The notes beneath the pieces are model-generated. The model was given only the letters and a program-made list of their open reading frames with translations. It ran no database searches and was not told the DNA's origin. A stretch of DNA of 64,000 bases from Macrostomum hystrix (lineage: Eukaryota > Animalia > Platyhelminthes): the NCBI GenBank assembly GCA_950097015.1, contig CATNEN010000024.1, positions 3,658,001 through 3,722,000 of the forward strand, written 5' to 3'. The position numbers and the translations under genes are program-made. Shown one piece after another: positions 25,326 to 38,689 of the stretch; the first letter of the stretch is position 1, and every line of letters starts with the position of its first letter.

Positions 25326-25919
25326 CTGAAACATCTTCTAAGGCCTACATTATATTTAAGTGTCTATTCCAGTTCTGATGTACATCATTTACAAGTATAA
25401 TTTTAAATAAAATATGAAGATTTATGACAATTTCACGCATGACTGACTGATCTAACAAACGCAAACTAACAACCTGGCCGATTTCATGCTTAACGACAGT
25501 ACCTTGGCGTGCCCTTTAAGTTTCAAAGAAGTGTTGACTGAAAGTGAAACTGCATCGAAATATGGACTAGAACTACGAGTTGGTCAATTCAGTATTCAGC
25601 ATTAAATTTAAAACCTAAGCTAACTCATATTGACTAAAACTTAGAAAATATTTTGGATCAAATTGAAAATATATGCAATAAATTCAAGTCTGAATCCGAG
25701 GTTTCCTACTACGATTTTAGCGAGTAGTAAGTCAGGCATTCGAAGTCTATTTTTGAGCTCTAGATATTTATTTCACTTTTATCTTCAAATATTATAAGCC
25801 GCTTTTGCACAACATCGTAATTACGTAATAACAAAAGCCATGACAATTTTTATTTAAAACGGCATCTCCAGAACATGAGGGAAATCGCAGAACAAAAAGA
25901 GGTAATTGATAAAACAATT

Positions 25920-26460
25920 GAGAGAGAGGCTGAGAGAGGAGAGGGAGGCTGAGAGAGGAGAGGGAGGCTGAGAGAGGAGAGGGAGGCTGAGAGAGGAGAG
26001 GGAGGCTGAGAGAGGAGAGGGAGGCTGAGAGAGGAGAGGGAGGCTGAGAGAGGAGAGGGAGGCTGAGAGGAGAGGGAGGCTGAGAGAGGAGAGGGAGGCT
26101 GAGAGAGGAGAGGGAGGCTGATAGGAGAGGGAGGCTGAGAGGAGAGGGAGGCTGAGAGAGGAGAGGGAGGCTGAGAGAGGAGAGGGAGGCTGAGAGAGGA
26201 GAGGGAGGCTGAGAGAGGAGAGGGAGGCTGAGAGGAGAGGGAGGCTGAGAGAGGAGAGGGAGGCTGAGAGAGGAGAGGGAGGCTGAGAGAGGAGAGGGAG
26301 GCTGAGAGAGGAGAGGGAGGCTGAGAGAGGAGAGGGAGGGTGAGAGAGGAGAGGGAGGCTGAGAGAGGAGAGGGAGGCTGAGAGGAGAGGGAGGCTGAGA
26401 GAGGAGAGGGAGGCTGAGAGGAGAGGGAGGCTGAGAGAGGAGAGGGAGGTGCAGAGAGGA
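25920..26460. repeat. Purine-rich 19/17-bp minisatellite just 3' of GGCT
   Basis: Tandem GAGAGAGGAGAGGGAGGCT units. Confidence 0.93.
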
Positions 26461-26520
26461 GAGGGGGGTTGAGAGAGGAGCAGAGGATCACAGATATCTA
26501 GCCTGATTGACTACTTAAGT

Positions 26521-27171
26521 TCAGCGGCCCAGACATTTCAGAAAGTCGACTTGGCAGGGCGGCACGCCTTCAAGAGTCGCCGAGCACAGTTGTAAAACTT
26601 CGTCATATTTTTCGCACCTTCCAGTGTAGCCGTTGTGCTCTCGCTGGCGCAGGGCGTTGACGTAGTCGACTGGCAGGCCAGACTGTACCGCGCCGCGCAG
26701 GATGACGTCGAGATAGTAGGGCGATGGCGGCATTGGCTTGAAGCGCACCATTCGATAGCTGCGGCACTGATGCGAGCCGTCAGCTAATTCAACGGTTACG
26801 CTGATTCGCTCGTAGATTCCTTGTTGAACGCCCTCCTGATTGTCTAGCGATTCGGCGTCTCGATCAGACATCGACCAGACGGCACCATAGACAACAGGTG
26901 GCGGCGCCTGGCTATTGTCACTGCCGCCAGTTGTTGCTGATGCTGCAACTAAAGTGGCGGCGCCACCGTGCCAGGTGCGCTGCCGGTTGTTACCGGTGGA
27001 CTTAGCCGACTCAGTCAGGTAGTGATGCGGATCAGCGAACTCCAGCCGATAGTCGGATAGTCGGCCGGTGGCCACGAACTCGGCTGACGGATTGGCCAAC
27101 CGCAGGCGCTCGCGCAGCAGATTGCTGCCATAGCCAAAGTAGAGAAAATGGCCAGGTTTGATCAGAGGCAT
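26521..27171 (-). CDS. GGCT: Gamma-glutamylcyclotransferase, single exon, 216 aa
   Basis: FLYFGYGSNLLRERL..NPSA, WHGG.AT, VYGAVW...LDNQEGV, CRSY and PPSPYY..VI..GA...GLP align by eye with the GGCT family. Confidence 0.92.
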   Translation of the reverse strand: MPLIKPGHFLYFGYGSNLLRERLRLANPSAEFVATGRLSDYRLEFADPHHYLTESAKSTGNNRQRTWHGGAATLVAASATTGGSDNSQAPPPVVYGAVWSMSDRDAESLDNQEGVQQGIYERISVTVELADGSHQCRSYRMVRFKPMPPSPYYLDVILRGAVQSGLPVDYVNALRQREHNGYTGRCEKYDEVLQLCSATLEGVPPCQVDFLKCLGR

Positions 27172-27421
27172 TGCCTAGATGTGCGCCGTCTGCGAGACAA
27201 TTCAGTTTTTCTTCTCTTTTGCTTTAAGTTTGCGAAAATTCTCGACATTGTGTAAATATTAAGACAAGATAATATTGTGTACATTGTGTAAAAATGTAAG
27301 ATGTGCAGCCAACAGCACAGCGGCAGCTCTGAAGCAATGCAGAGTTTCTTGAGTGTCTTGTGTCACAAATTTGTCATTTGTGATCACAACTTTGTGACAC
27401 ACATTTTTTTCAATAGAGTAA

Positions 27422-27470
27422 GGAATCGAACCACTGACTTTTAGTCATGAATCCAGCACTCTAACTACTT
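27422..27470 (-). mobile_element. Decayed tRNA-derived (SINE-like) head
   Basis: Minus strand AGTAGTTAGAGTGCTGGATTCATGACTAAAAGTCAGTGGTTCGATTCC, with a partial A box and B box GGTTCGATTCC. No complete cloverleaf. Confidence 0.45.
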
Positions 27471-29269
27471 CCCGATCTAATTACTTATCCCTAGATAAGT
27501 AATTCAGACACCGGACTTACACCTAAGATAGCATAAAATAACTATTACATTAGAATTTATTATCTGTCAATGAGTTGAAAAAACAAAAGTTTTATGGATG
27601 GCAGTTTTTTATTTTTACACAAACTATTAAATAACAATTGAACTGTTGAAAATACTTAGGCTTCACACATTTTTCATTACTTTATCCTGCATATGAGTTA
27701 CTTAATTCAGATCGAATAAATTGAAGATGCTTTAGTTATGCTGTACGTGGTTAGTAAATAATTTTTTTCAGATAATGTATTCCAAATATAATTTAATAAT
27801 TATAAATATAACTTCATTCTTATACTAGTTTAATAATTTATAAATGCTAATCACTGTGATCATCATCTCTATAAAAATATATGCTTTTTAATTGTGATAA
27901 ATATGAGTACTGACTGATATAAGCATTTTATTAGCAAAATATTTTTAACATTTAATTATAAGATTTTGCATAAAATGGGTACTATGAATTGTTAACTTTA
28001 TCAAACTGTTTGCTTTGGTCTAGTTTGGTTTTTGGCCTCATTGTTCATTTTGCTTTATGATGAACGTCGACAAAAGGCTTCAATTAGTAAAAATAGTAGT
28101 TAACATATATTAAATTGTTTTAAGCAAAGGAAACTTTTTGTAAAACTTCTACATTTATCTAAAAAATTTACCTACATAAGGTACAGTACAGTATAGGCCG
28201 ATATTTTGATAAAAATGTAAAATATAATTCAATTCGAATTATCAAATGCAACAAGCTAAGTGAAAATTGAATGGCATTGACTGCAATCAACATCTTTACT
28301 TTTTAAAACCTTTCTAGGAAACTAATTTCATTCAAACTTGCGGTGAGAAAAACATCGCGCGGGTCTGTTAGCGTGAAGTCACTCAAAGTATCAACACAAA
28401 ATTTTCTATAGAAAAAAAAAATAATAATAAATAAGTAAAGATAAAAGCTCTGTTGAACTTATGCTTTAGGATTTCTTATCTTCCTAATATAATGGAAGCA
28501 GACCCAAAGCTATTTTTGCGTAACTTTGCCCAACATGTTGCGTCCGCGTTCAATTAAACGCTGTCACTAAATTTGTGCTGAAAAGAAGTGAATGGCAGTG
28601 TATTTTCGGCGAAAACTACATAATTTCTTCCTAATATTTAAAAAAAATATTCCTTCTCGTCCTTAGTCTGGCTGGTCAGTCAAATTCAAATCCAAATTCA
28701 AAACCCGCACATCTCGTCTCCGCGGGCCCAGGCCAAACCGAACCGAATGACCGATTTTCGTGAAAGTCTACCACTTTTCTCTTGAAATTTTGCCCTCTAC
28801 GATTTCAAAGCCGTCCGACGTCAGCAAATATTAAAATATCGTATATTATATCGTATTCTGTATGTGGAACTCTTGCTTTTCGAAATGGACGAGCTTCATG
28901 CAAAAATGTGAAAAGCATTGCCTCCTGTCCCTGTTATTTCTTTCATCGACATGTGCTTTATTTTTAGAAATAAATAGTCCCAAAACATTTTTCCCATCGA
29001 TCTCACAACGGGCCATTGAACTTCTGTCTGCAGTCCTTTTGCCAGTGAACAAATCAGCACCTGGTGTCGGGGCGGCAATATGACGAAATATAGTTTTTCA
29101 TGATTTTTTTATTTACGTCTTCAAAATATTCTCACACAATAGTATATTTTCCGCATGTGAATATACAAAGGGTACACAAGACTGTGCGAACGATTGGAGG
29201 ACAAAACTTTGTCGTCAAAAATGTTTTGATTTGCACCTTCTCTTTTCATTTTTATTCCCCCCAATCTGC

Positions 29270-29650
29270 CTTAATTTAGTTTCATTCTGCCCTTCATTAT
29301 TCATTTCATTCTCCCCTTTATTATTCATTTCATTCTCCCCTTCATTATTCATTTCATTCTCCCATTCATTGTTCGTTTCGTTCTCCCCTTCAATATTAAT
29401 TTCATTTCCCCTTCATCGTTCATTTCATTCTCCCCTTCATTGTTCATTTCATTCTCCCTTCATTGTTCATTCATTCTCCCCTCCATTCTTCATTTCATTC
29501 TCCCCTTCATTATTCATTTCATTCTCCCCTTCAATATTAACTTCATTTCCCCCTCATCGTTCATTTCATTCTCCCCTTCAATATTAATTTCATTCTCCCT
29601 TTTCATTATTATTTTTTTCCCCCCTTCATTGTTCATTTCATTCTCCCCTT
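29270..29650. repeat. Degenerate pyrimidine-rich minisatellite
   Basis: Recurring TTCATTTCATTCTCCCC. Confidence 0.8.
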
Positions 29651-30604
29651 CTTACCCTACATCCTACCGCTTCATTCTTCATCTTTCCATGCCTCTCCTA
29701 CTGTATCTAACACCTGTTTAACTATCGTGATACTTCCCCAAGAAACAATTCAGAGAAATGTCTAGAATTTGTGCTCCGCGGCGGGAACTAGCCGGCCGTG
29801 AGGAGATCAAGGCTCGCTCGCTCGCCAGCGAATCAGAATTCGATCCAAACGATAGACCAGCAGCGGCCCCGGTTGGAGCTGAAGCATCACTGGCCCAGCG
29901 ATTTGAGCACTCTCCAGATGATGAGGAAGCACGGAGAGCATGGCCGCTGCGGGGAATAGAGGAGGCGAGGTGGGTGAAGGGAAGGAGGAAGTGGGCGGGG
30001 AGGAAAACACGCATGAGCTATTGTTTGCTAAACTGTCTCCCCGCTTTCTCTCTCTCTCTCTATCGCTCAGCCGCTGTTATTTAATTTCGTCAAAACGAAT
30101 CAAATTAATTGCCATCACCTGCAGTTCTGAGTTGTATAAGAGCCGCTGTATTTTTTTCGCCTAAATAGACTAAAAGCGTTACGCTGTGTGTCTTCATTGA
30201 AGGTAATTACATGGCATCCGCTCACCGTTGTCGTATATCTCGAGTTGCCGAACCAGTCGTCTATGCCCTACCCCACTGATTTCATTAGCGCCCAACACAG
30301 CCTAATTAATTCCGTGCTGACACCATTGAAAAGCGAGAGTGGCCTCAAACCGGTGCTCAGCGGGGAGCCAAGCGAAATTAAAACTCTCAGCGGCCGGTGA
30401 CTGGGTGGGGGGCAACCAACGGCACAATGCGGCCACGTCTCCCTCTCCCTCCTCTCCCCTCTCCACCACTCACTCTCACTTTTTGGAGTCTTTATTTGTT
30501 CTGCAGAGGCTGTGCACGGCAGGGTGACAGTTCTAGAATAGTTTAAAACTAATAAAAATTCCTCTCAACTTCATTCCGTTTCATCCGCCAGCCACTCGCT
30601 TCAA

Positions 30605-30718
30605 ATGGACGATCACCAGAGTCACCACAGAATGTTCCAGCGACAGCAGCAGCAGCAGCAGCAGCAGCAACGCCAAACTCAGCATCACCCATTTCAGCGA
30701 CATCAAAATCATAATCAT

Positions 30719-30750
<32 letters not shown>

Positions 30751-33700
30751 GCAGCAACAGCAGCCATTTCAACACGACACCCTACCCGACTATTGTCGCA
30801 AGCTGACAGTTCGTGGTGAGTTCTGAATCAGCCAATGTCAAAATAGCTATTAGAAAAAATATTCCATATCAATATTGAGCTAAGTCTCGTGACAAGGACA
30901 TTGCTCAGTAGAAACCTCAATGGCGAATCCATGTTGGTTCAATAATAAAATAATTAACTATCTATCATAGCGGACATGGTTACACAATGAAGTTTCGTGA
31001 GCAGAAAACAGTTACCTTTTTAAGTGGTTTTTGCCACCCTACACCCCCACAAGAATCGTTGAATATCTGGACGATGCCAATGTTTTGTGATTCTGGAAGT
31101 TCTTTCATCAGATAGAGTGGAAAATTTGAACCCATGTTCTGGATTTTTCATGGTGATTGGTTGAATAATTTGGTAGCTACCGAAAAAGGTGGGTATTTGA
31201 AATACCCTGCTGCTAAACAAATGACATTTCAGGATGGTAAATCACTTCTCCGATCCTCAACGCAGAAAAAATGTTGATTTTGCTTTTCACTTAACTAGCG
31301 GCTCCACTTTTCGAAATTGTTTTTTTTCAGGGCCATAGAATTCCATCTGAAATGAATCAGCCACTTATAGCATGTGCCTAATTTAATTGCATGCGGTAGA
31401 AATGTGGGTCGGATTAGCAGACAATTAGCCCGGCCAGGCAGTTTAAATGAAATAGGTTCAGCCAAAAATCTACTAATTGCATGATCCCACTGTTATTAGT
31501 TGCCGCTTTATTTTTTCCTTTCATTATTTGACACCCAACTGCCGATTGGTAATTCTGCAGTTGTTTTAAAAGGCCTGCATGCAAATTTTTTTCTAGATGA
31601 AAACTGCCTGTTGGAATATGTTAATTAGTCCAAAAATGTGAATTGATTTTCACAGATGAAAAGAAGCTATGTTATTGTTTCAGCTCTTTGTTAATAGGGT
31701 GCCCTAGATTGCTACATTATTTTGTTATTCTGCGATTCACAAGGGAAATTACCTGGCAAAGGGAGCCTTTAAGCCTAAGTGGTTGGAGCTTCGGACTTTA
31801 GACTGAGAGGTCCTGAGTTCGAATTCCAACCCAAGGAATATAATTTTTAGGTGTCCATAGACTGTACACAGCTTTTGTAATGCGGCTTTAACAGTAGAAA
31901 GATCACAGGGGGCTGCTGCAAAAACACCCCAGATTAATAGGGATTTGAAGCTTCAAAAACACCACAGATTAATAGCTTTTGAAGCTTCAAAAACACCCCA
32001 GATCAATAGGATTTTGAAGCTTCAAAAACACCCCAGATTAATATGGTTTTGAAGCTTCAAAAACACCCCAGATAATTCGGGTTTTGAAGTTTTAAAAACA
32101 TCGCAGATTAATAGGGTTTTGAAGCTTCAAAAACGCCCCAGATTAATAGGTTTTGAAGCTTCAAAAACACCACAGATTAATCGGGTTTTGAAGCTTTAAA
32201 AACACCCCAGATAAATAGGGCTTTGAAGCTTCAAAAACACCACAGATTAATAGGGATTTGAAGCTTCAAAAACACCCCAGATTAATAGGGATTTGAAGCT
32301 TCAAAAACACCCCAGATTAATAGGGCTTTGAAGCTTCAAAAACACCCCAGATTAATAGAACCAGCTTTAAAAACATCGCAGATTAATAGGGTTTTGAAGC
32401 TTCAAAAACACCCCAGATTAATCGGGTTTTGAAGCTTCAAAAACACCCCAGATTAATAGGGATTTGAAGCTTCAAAAACACCCCAGATTAATAGGTTTTG
32501 AAGCTTCAAAAACACCCCAGATTAATAGGTTTTGAAGCTTCAAAAACACCACAGATTAATCGGGTTTTGAAGCTTTAAAAACACCCAGATAAATAGGGCT
32601 TTGAAGCTTCAAAAACACCACAGATTAATAGGGATTTGAAGCTTCAAAAACACCCCAGATTAATAGGGATTTGAAGCTTCAAAAACACCCCAGATTAATA
32701 GGGATTTGAAGCTTCAAAAACACCCCAGATTAATAGGGTTTTGAAGCTTCAAAAACACCACAGATTAATAGGGATTTGAAGCTTCAAAAACACCCCAGAT
32801 TAATAGGGCTTTGAAGCTTCAAAAACACCCCAGATTAATAGAACCAGCTTTAAAAACATCGCAGATTAATCGGGTTTTGAAGCTTCAAAAACACCCCAGA
32901 TAAATAGGGCTTTGAAGCTTCAAAAACACCACAGATTAATAGGGATTTTAAGATTCAAAAACACCCCAGATTAATAGGGCTTTGAAGCTTCAAAAACACC
33001 ACAGATTAATAGGGATTTTAAGATTCAAAAACACCCCAGATTAATAGGGCTTTGAAGCTTCAAAAACACCCCAGATTAATAGAACCAGCTTTAAAAACAT
33101 CGCAGATTAATCGGGTTTTAAAGCTTCAAAAACACCACAGATTAATCGGAATTTGAAGCTTCAAAAACACCCCAGATAAATAGGGTTTTGAAGCTTCAAA
33201 AACACCACAGATTAATAGGGATTTGAAGCTTCAAAAACACCCCAGATTAATAGGGCTTTGAAGCTTCAAAAACACCCCAGATTAATAGAACCAGCTTTAA
33301 AAACATCGCAGATTAATCGGGTTTTGAAGCTTAAAAAACACCCCAGATAAATAGGGCTTTGAAGCTTCAAAAACACCACAGATTAATAGGGATTTTAAGA
33401 TTCAAAAACACCCCAGATTAATAGGGCTTTGAAGCTTCAAAAACACCACAGATTAATAGGGATTTTAAGATTCAAAAACACCCCAGATTAATAGGGCTTT
33501 GAAGCTTCAAAAACACCCCAGATTAATAGAACCAGCTTTAAAAACATCGCAGATTAATCGGGTTTTAAAGCTTCAAAAACACCCCAGATTAATCGGGTTT
33601 TGAAGCTTCAAAAACACCACAGATTAATAGGGATTTGAAGCTTCAAAAACACCCCAGATTAATAGGAATTTGAAGCTTCAAAAACACCCCAGATAAATAG

Positions 33701-36700
33701 GGTTTTGAAGCTTCAAAAACACCACAGATTAATAGGGATTTGAAGCTTCAAAAACACCCCAGATTAATAGGGCTTTGAAGCTTCAAAAACACCCCAGATT
33801 AATAGAACCAGCTTTAAAAACATCGCAGATTAATCGGGTTTTGAAGCTTAAAAAACACCCCAGATAAATAGGGCTTTGAAGCTTCAAAAACACCACAGAT
33901 TAATAGGGATTTTAAGATTCAAAAACACCCCAGATTAATAGGGCTTTGAAGCTTCAAAAACACCCCAGATTAATAGAACCAGCTTTAAAAACATCGCAGA
34001 TTAATCGGGTTTTGAAGCTTAAAAAACACCCCAGATAAATAGGGCTTTGAAGCTTCAAAAACACCACAGATTAATAGGGATTTTAAGATTCAAAAACACC
34101 CCAGATTAATAGAACCAGCTTTAAAAACATCGCAGATTAATAGGGTTTTGAAGCTTTAAAAACACCACAGATTAATAGGGATTTTAAGATTCAAAAACAC
34201 CCCAGATTAATAGGGCTTTGAAGCTTCAATTACACCCCAGATTAATCGGGTTTTGAAGCTTCAAAAACACCCCAGATTAATAGGGATTTGAAGCTTCAAA
34301 AACACCCCAGATTAATAGAACCAGCTTTAAAAACATCGCAGATTAATAGGGTTTTGAAGCTTCAAAAACACCCCAGATTAATCGGGTTTTGAAGCTTCAA
34401 AAACACCCCAGATTAATAGGGTTTTGAAGCTTCAAAAACACCCCAGATTAATCGGGTTTTGAAGCTTCAAAAACACCCCAGATTAATAGGGATTTGAAGC
34501 TTCAAAAACACCCCAGATTAATAGAACCAGCTTTAAAAACATCGCAGATTAATAGGGTTTTGAAGCTTCAAAAACAACCCATATTAATAGGGATTTGAAG
34601 CTTCAAAAACACCCCAGATTAATCGGGTTTCATAAGCTTCAAAAACACCCCAGATTAATAGAACCAGCTTTAAAAACATCGCAGATTAATAGGGTTTTGA
34701 AGCTTCAAAAACACCCCAGATTAATAGGGTTTTGAAGCTTTAAAAACACCCCAGATTAATAGAACCAGCTTTAAAAACATCGCAGATTAATAGGGTTTTG
34801 AAGCTTCAAAAACACCCCAGATTAATAGGGTTTTGAAGCTTCAAAAACACCCCAGATTAATCGGGTTTTGAAGCTTCAAAAACACCCCAGATTAATAGGG
34901 ATTTGAAGCTTCAAAAACACCCCAGATTAATAGAACCAGCTTTAAAAACATCGCAGATTAATAGGGTTTTGAAGCTTCAAAAACAACCCATATTAATAGG
35001 GATTTGAAGCTTCAAAAACACCCCAGATTAATAGAACCAGCTTTAAAAACATCGCAGATTAATAGGGATTTGAAGCTTCAAAAACACCCCAGATTAATCG
35101 GGTTTCATAAGCTTCAAAAACACAGTTGATGGGATTTTGTAAGAAGACATACACTCACAAAGCTATGCAGCAGCGGTGATTGTACAGCGCCGATAAAAAA
35201 TAAGAATCAGCAGAAGCCAATTACGAAAACAGTCACAAAGAAGATTGACAGAGAACCATGGACCCATTCAGTGGCGCCCATTTAATCAGTGCCATGCTTA
35301 CTAAAATGCGATGCAGGCATTTGAGAATATTAAATAAATACTAATTAGAATGCACTGAGCTCGGGCAATTAAATGACAGTTGAAGACACTGAGTCCTTGC
35401 AGAAGGTAATTATCAAAATTGCTTCGAAAGCGTCGCTCAAAATATAGAGGGCTCGCTGGCAGAACAATGCATGCAGTAGCTCTGCCAAAACTGAGCCCAA
35501 AGGCTCAAGAGATCATTGCTGGCTCTTGTTTTTTGCTTTTTCTGGGACAAAAGAATACTCACATTCCTTCTATTGTTTGAGCCTCCTCCTGTGGCTGATT
35601 TTCAGCCCAATTAATCTTAATTGGTTTATTTTAGTTTGACAGAATTTTTTGTAATTAACTTTTAACAAGTTTCAATTTTTTTAATTGCTTCTGACTAATT
35701 AATTGGTCATTTAGTTAAATTCATCATTTCGCCTAGCAGACACCACAATCTTAGAACACCCCAAACACTATCATTGGGACACCCCAAACACTCTTATCTA
35801 TCAGTAGGACACCCCAAACACTCTTATCTATCGGTAGGACACCCCAAACACTCTTATCTATCGGTAGGACACCCCAGACACTCTTATCTATCACTAGGAC
35901 ACCCCAAACACTCTTATCTATCAGTAGGACACCCCAGACACTCTTATCTATCAGTAGGACACCCCAAACACTCTTATCTATCACTAGGACACCCCAGACA
36001 CTCTTATCTATCACTAGGACACCCCAAACACTCTTATCTATCAGTAGGACACCCCAGACACTCTTATCTATCAGTAGGACACCCCAAACACTCTTATCTA
36101 TCACTAGGACACCCCAGACACTCTTATCTATCAGTAGGACACCCCAAACACTCTTATCTATCACTAGGACGCCCCAGACACTCTTATCTATCAGTAGGAC
36201 ACCCCAAACACTCTAATCTATCACTAGGACACCCCAAACACTCTAATCTATCACTAGGACACCCCAAACACTCTTATCTATCACTAGGACACCCCAGACA
36301 CTCTTATCTATCACTAGGACACCCCAAACACTCTTATCTATCAGTAGGACACCCCAGACACTCTTATCTATCAGTAGGACACCCCAAACACTCTTATCTA
36401 TCACTAGGACACCCCAGACACTCTTATCTATCACTAGGACACCCCAAACACTCTTATCTATCAGTAGGACACCCCAGACACTCTTATCTATCAGTAGGAC
36501 ACCCCAAACACTCTTATCTATCACTAGGACACCCCAGACACTCTTATCTATCAGTAGGACACCCCAAACACTCTTATCTATCACTAGGACGCCCCAGACA
36601 CTCTTATCTATCAGTAGGACACCCCAAACACTCTTATCTATCAGTAGGACACCCCAGACACTCGTATCTATCAGTAGGACACCCCAAACACTCTAATCTA

Positions 36701-38071
36701 TCACTAGGACACCCCAGACACTCTTATCTATCACTAGGACACCCCAAACACTCTTATCTATCAGTAGGACACCCCAGACACTCTTATCTATCAGTAGGAC
36801 ACCCCAAACACTCTTATCTATCAGTAGGACACCCCAAACACTCTTATCTATCACTAGGACACCCCAGACACTCTTATCTATCAGTAGGACACCCCAAACA
36901 CTCTAATCTATCACTAGGACACCCCAAACACTCTTATCTATCAGTAGGACACCCCAAATCCCCCAAAAATGCTTCCAGACTCAAATGGCGTCCTGAAGGA
37001 GATGATCTTTCCCAAGGCCCTGGATTTGGACCGGCCGAAGCGAGCCCGGACAACTTTCTCCAGCGATCAGCTAATTCGCCTAGAAGAGGCCTTCAGGCGC
37101 AACCACTACATGATCGGCAGAGACAGGAACGACTTGGCCAAGACTCTCAGACTGTCCGAGACGCAAGTACGCAATGAATCACAATGAAACACCTGAATTA
37201 CACAATGACTCACCTACATTACACAATGAAACACCTGGATTACTCAATGACTCACCTGTAGTTCACAATGACTCGCCTGAGTTACAAAATGGCTCACACG
37301 AATCACAATGAGTCACATGAATCACAATGACTCACATGAATCACAATGACTCACATGAATCACAATGACTCACATGAATCACAATGACTCACATGAATCA
37401 CAATGACTCACATGAATCACAATGACTCACATGAATCACAATGACTCACATGAATCACAATGACTCACATGAATCACAATGACTCACATGAATCACACAA
37501 TGACTCACATGAATCACAATGACTCACATGAATCACAATGACTCACATGAATCACAATGACTCACATGAATCACAATGACTCAAAGCTCTGCATGTCCAA
37601 CCCTCTCCTGTTCCCTGAGTCCAGGTGAAAGTTTGGTTTCAAAATCGGCGCACGAAATTCAAGCGCGATCACGGCGTCCAGGGCTCGAGTCCGGACGAAG
37701 CTGCGGCCGAGGCCTTCGACCAGCCGGACAGTCCGATGGCTGGACGAAGGCCTCCTGAGCTGATGACGCTACCGCCAGCAGTCAAACCGCCGGCTTCTGT
37801 TGGTCATCGTCACCCAGCAGCTGACACAACTGACGCTGCCGCGGCTGCGGCTGCCGCTGCCGCGTACATGTATGGAATGCCGTGGTACCGACCTTCGGGA
37901 TCGATTCCCGGAGGAGACTGCGGCAACGTGCCGTCGTTTCTCGTGCCCCAACCGCCAGCTCTTAATCAGCAGCCGTATCAGCAGTTTGAGTCAATGAGTC
38001 AATTCCAGCCGAGTTTCGATCTGCAGTCGCCTTACAGTCAGATGGCCGGCATATTTAAGCCCAGAGAATGA
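30605..38071 (+). CDS. vax: Vax (ventral anterior homeobox) transcription factor
   Basis: Exons 30605-30815, 36979-37166 and 37625-38071 join in phase. They give [38 protein letters not shown]...LSETQVKVWFQNRRTKFKRD, the Vax-diagnostic pre-homeodomain extension plus homeodomain. PolyQ N-terminus, polyA stretch in the C-terminus. Confidence 0.9.
31765..31832 (+). mobile_element. tRNA(Lys)-like SINE head or tRNA pseudogene in vax intron 1
   Basis: GCCTAAGTGGTTGGAGCTTCGGACTTTAGACTGAGAGGTCCTGAGTTCGAATTCC has A-box-like and B-box-like motifs with broken stems. Confidence 0.45.
31915..35125. repeat. ~3.2-kb 35-bp minisatellite in vax intron 1
   Basis: About 90 units of AAAAACACCCCAGATTAATAGGGTTTTGAAGCTTC, with a recurrent shorter variant GATTAATAGAACCAGCTTTAAAAACATCGCA. 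Confidence 0.95.
35750..36960. repeat. 30-bp minisatellite abutting vax exon 2
   Basis: About 40 units of GGACACCCCAAACACTCTTATCTATCAGTA. Confidence 0.95.
37170..37585. repeat. 19-bp minisatellite in vax intron 2
   Basis: Tandem AATCACAATGACTCACATG units, degenerate at the 5' end. Confidence 0.92.
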
Positions 38072-38689
38072 ATTTCATTAAATCTACGAGCTAAAACAAA
38101 TCAAACCAGAGAACAAAAAAATGTCACACTGTTTCGTCTCACATATACTGCTGTGTTTTTTTTAAACAAAGTTGTTATGTAGCTGTAAGGAATACAATTG
38201 AAAACAAGAAAGCAATCGGTTTTTACAAAAACAAAAAAGTTTTTTTCGTGACAGTTAGTTTATAGTTTATAGTGTTTCTGTGTTCTTTTTAAAACTCCAT
38301 GAAATCTTCAAGCCTTTGACTACAACTTAACTGCTATATTGTCAGCTGAAATAGTCGAGGAATAGAAACATTGTCAATGTTTTTATCCGCTTTTTTTGTT
38401 ACAAATTCGATTTTTTAATTAAGCCCAATGTCATTATCACTGTTCTCCTTTGGCACTCCTCCTTCAATAGAACTGCAATCTAAGCACTTAATAAATGAAT
38501 ATATATATCGAGCGTTGTTTCAGCAAAAAAGTCTTAATTCAATTCAGCTGGTGTTGTAACACATGAAAAACCTATTGACTTGCCCTGGTCTGTCTAACTT
38601 TATTATTAATATGCATTCGAATAAATAAGGGATACACAGAGAAAGAGAAAGCTAAAAATGGTGGAAGAATTCTTTGTGGAGAAGTGGGA

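Noticed and set aside
31749-31765. TTACCTGGCAAAGGGAG resembling the U1 snRNA 5' end
   Set aside because: Similarity ends after ~17 nt, and no U1 stem-loops or Sm site follow.
31915-35125. Regular arrays as possible CRISPR loci (here and elsewhere)
   Set aside because: Units are contiguous with no unique spacers, and there are no cas genes in this eukaryotic context.
35774-37177. 467-aa GHPKHSYLSV-repeat ORF
   Set aside because: Produced by a stop-free 30-bp minisatellite running out of frame into vax exon 2.
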